Origin: Isurus oxyrinchus
Taxonomy: Eukaryota
Direction: 5' to 3'
DNA: 64,000 nt
Assembly: GCA_026770705.1 (NCBI GenBank)
Contig: JANJGN010000007.1
Coordinates: 108,934,001 to 108,998,000, forward strand
The position numbers were made by a program, and so were the translations under genes. Shown here one piece after another: positions 63,426 through 64,000 of this stretch. Below the pieces are notes generated by a model, which did no database searches, had not been told where the DNA came from, and saw only the letters and a program-made list of their open reading frames with translations. Numbering within the stretch: the stretch's first letter is position 1; every line of letters starts with the position of its first letter.

Positions 63426-64000
63426 TCTCATGCTCGGACTCTTTCCATATATCCCTGCGATCTTCTCTTTTTCAAGTGTATGTCCAATTCCATTTTGTTC
63501 ATTCCCGCGAGTATTGCTTCTAAGAATACATTTCCTATGCTGACACGGTATTTGTTATACATATATATAATTGATATTTGCTGCATGCACTTTAAACTGT
63601 GTGCGCTTTCTTCAAGAATGCTACAGCGGAAGTTAAGCAAGGTTTACAGTTTTGGAATCCTGCTGATTTGAATTAATAAAGTCACGGTTCTACAAGAACA
63701 TTTATCCCGAATAACAGGGGCCCCGCAAAATACAAATAGATATCCAACTGCTTGTTGATTATTATGTTTAGGTTTGATTCGAATTCGATTTTCTCATCTA
63801 ATGGCAATGTGTTGATTCAAAATGTCTTGTGCACAGTCACGTGCAGTGGATCCTTCAAGGGGAAAGCAAACACCTCCACGCTTCATAACTGTCATTTTTA
63901 CTTCAATGTCGTCACACTTGTTATTGTATTCGATTCCCTTTTGTGAAACCGATCTGGTGTACATTGTTTTGATAACTAATTAACGCTGTTGCATCTCTGT

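Noticed and set aside
1-64000. CRISPR arrays, operons or other prokaryotic systems; most short ORFs in the supplied track
   Set aside because: There are no regularly spaced repeats. The sequence is intron-containing vertebrate DNA, and the short ORFs are TE fragments, antisense frames or chance.

Overview
This is eukaryotic, repeat-dense DNA. The repeat landscape suggests a cartilaginous fish such as a shark (inference): CR1 and L2 LINEs, Rex1/Babar, Tx1, Penelope, Gmr1-type Gypsy, PIF/Harbinger and tRNA-SINEs. No prokaryotic system is present. The host content is three tandem, same-strand (+) paralogs of a non-rearranging immunoglobulin-superfamily receptor, built as leader / germline-joined VJ-type V domain / C1-set domain / TM / two cytoplasmic exons with ITIM-like motifs. 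Copy 1 (3881-6418) and copy 2 (22719-25223) are clear pseudogenes. They were co-duplicated with an upstream Harbinger element. Copy 3 (52788-62244) keeps six exons with compatible splice phases but has a single TGA immediately before its TM helix and eroded Tyr motifs, so it is either a soluble V-C1 decoy or an incipient pseudogene. Other points of interest are short TSD-flanked insertions carrying minimal hammerhead-ribozyme folds, a single-ORF LINE with a tRNA-derived head, a locally templated Harbinger-fragment insertion in an intron, and a spliced Myb/SANT-like exon co-oriented with the Harbinger transposase. All calls come from manual reading; no database searches were run, and TE boundaries are approximate.
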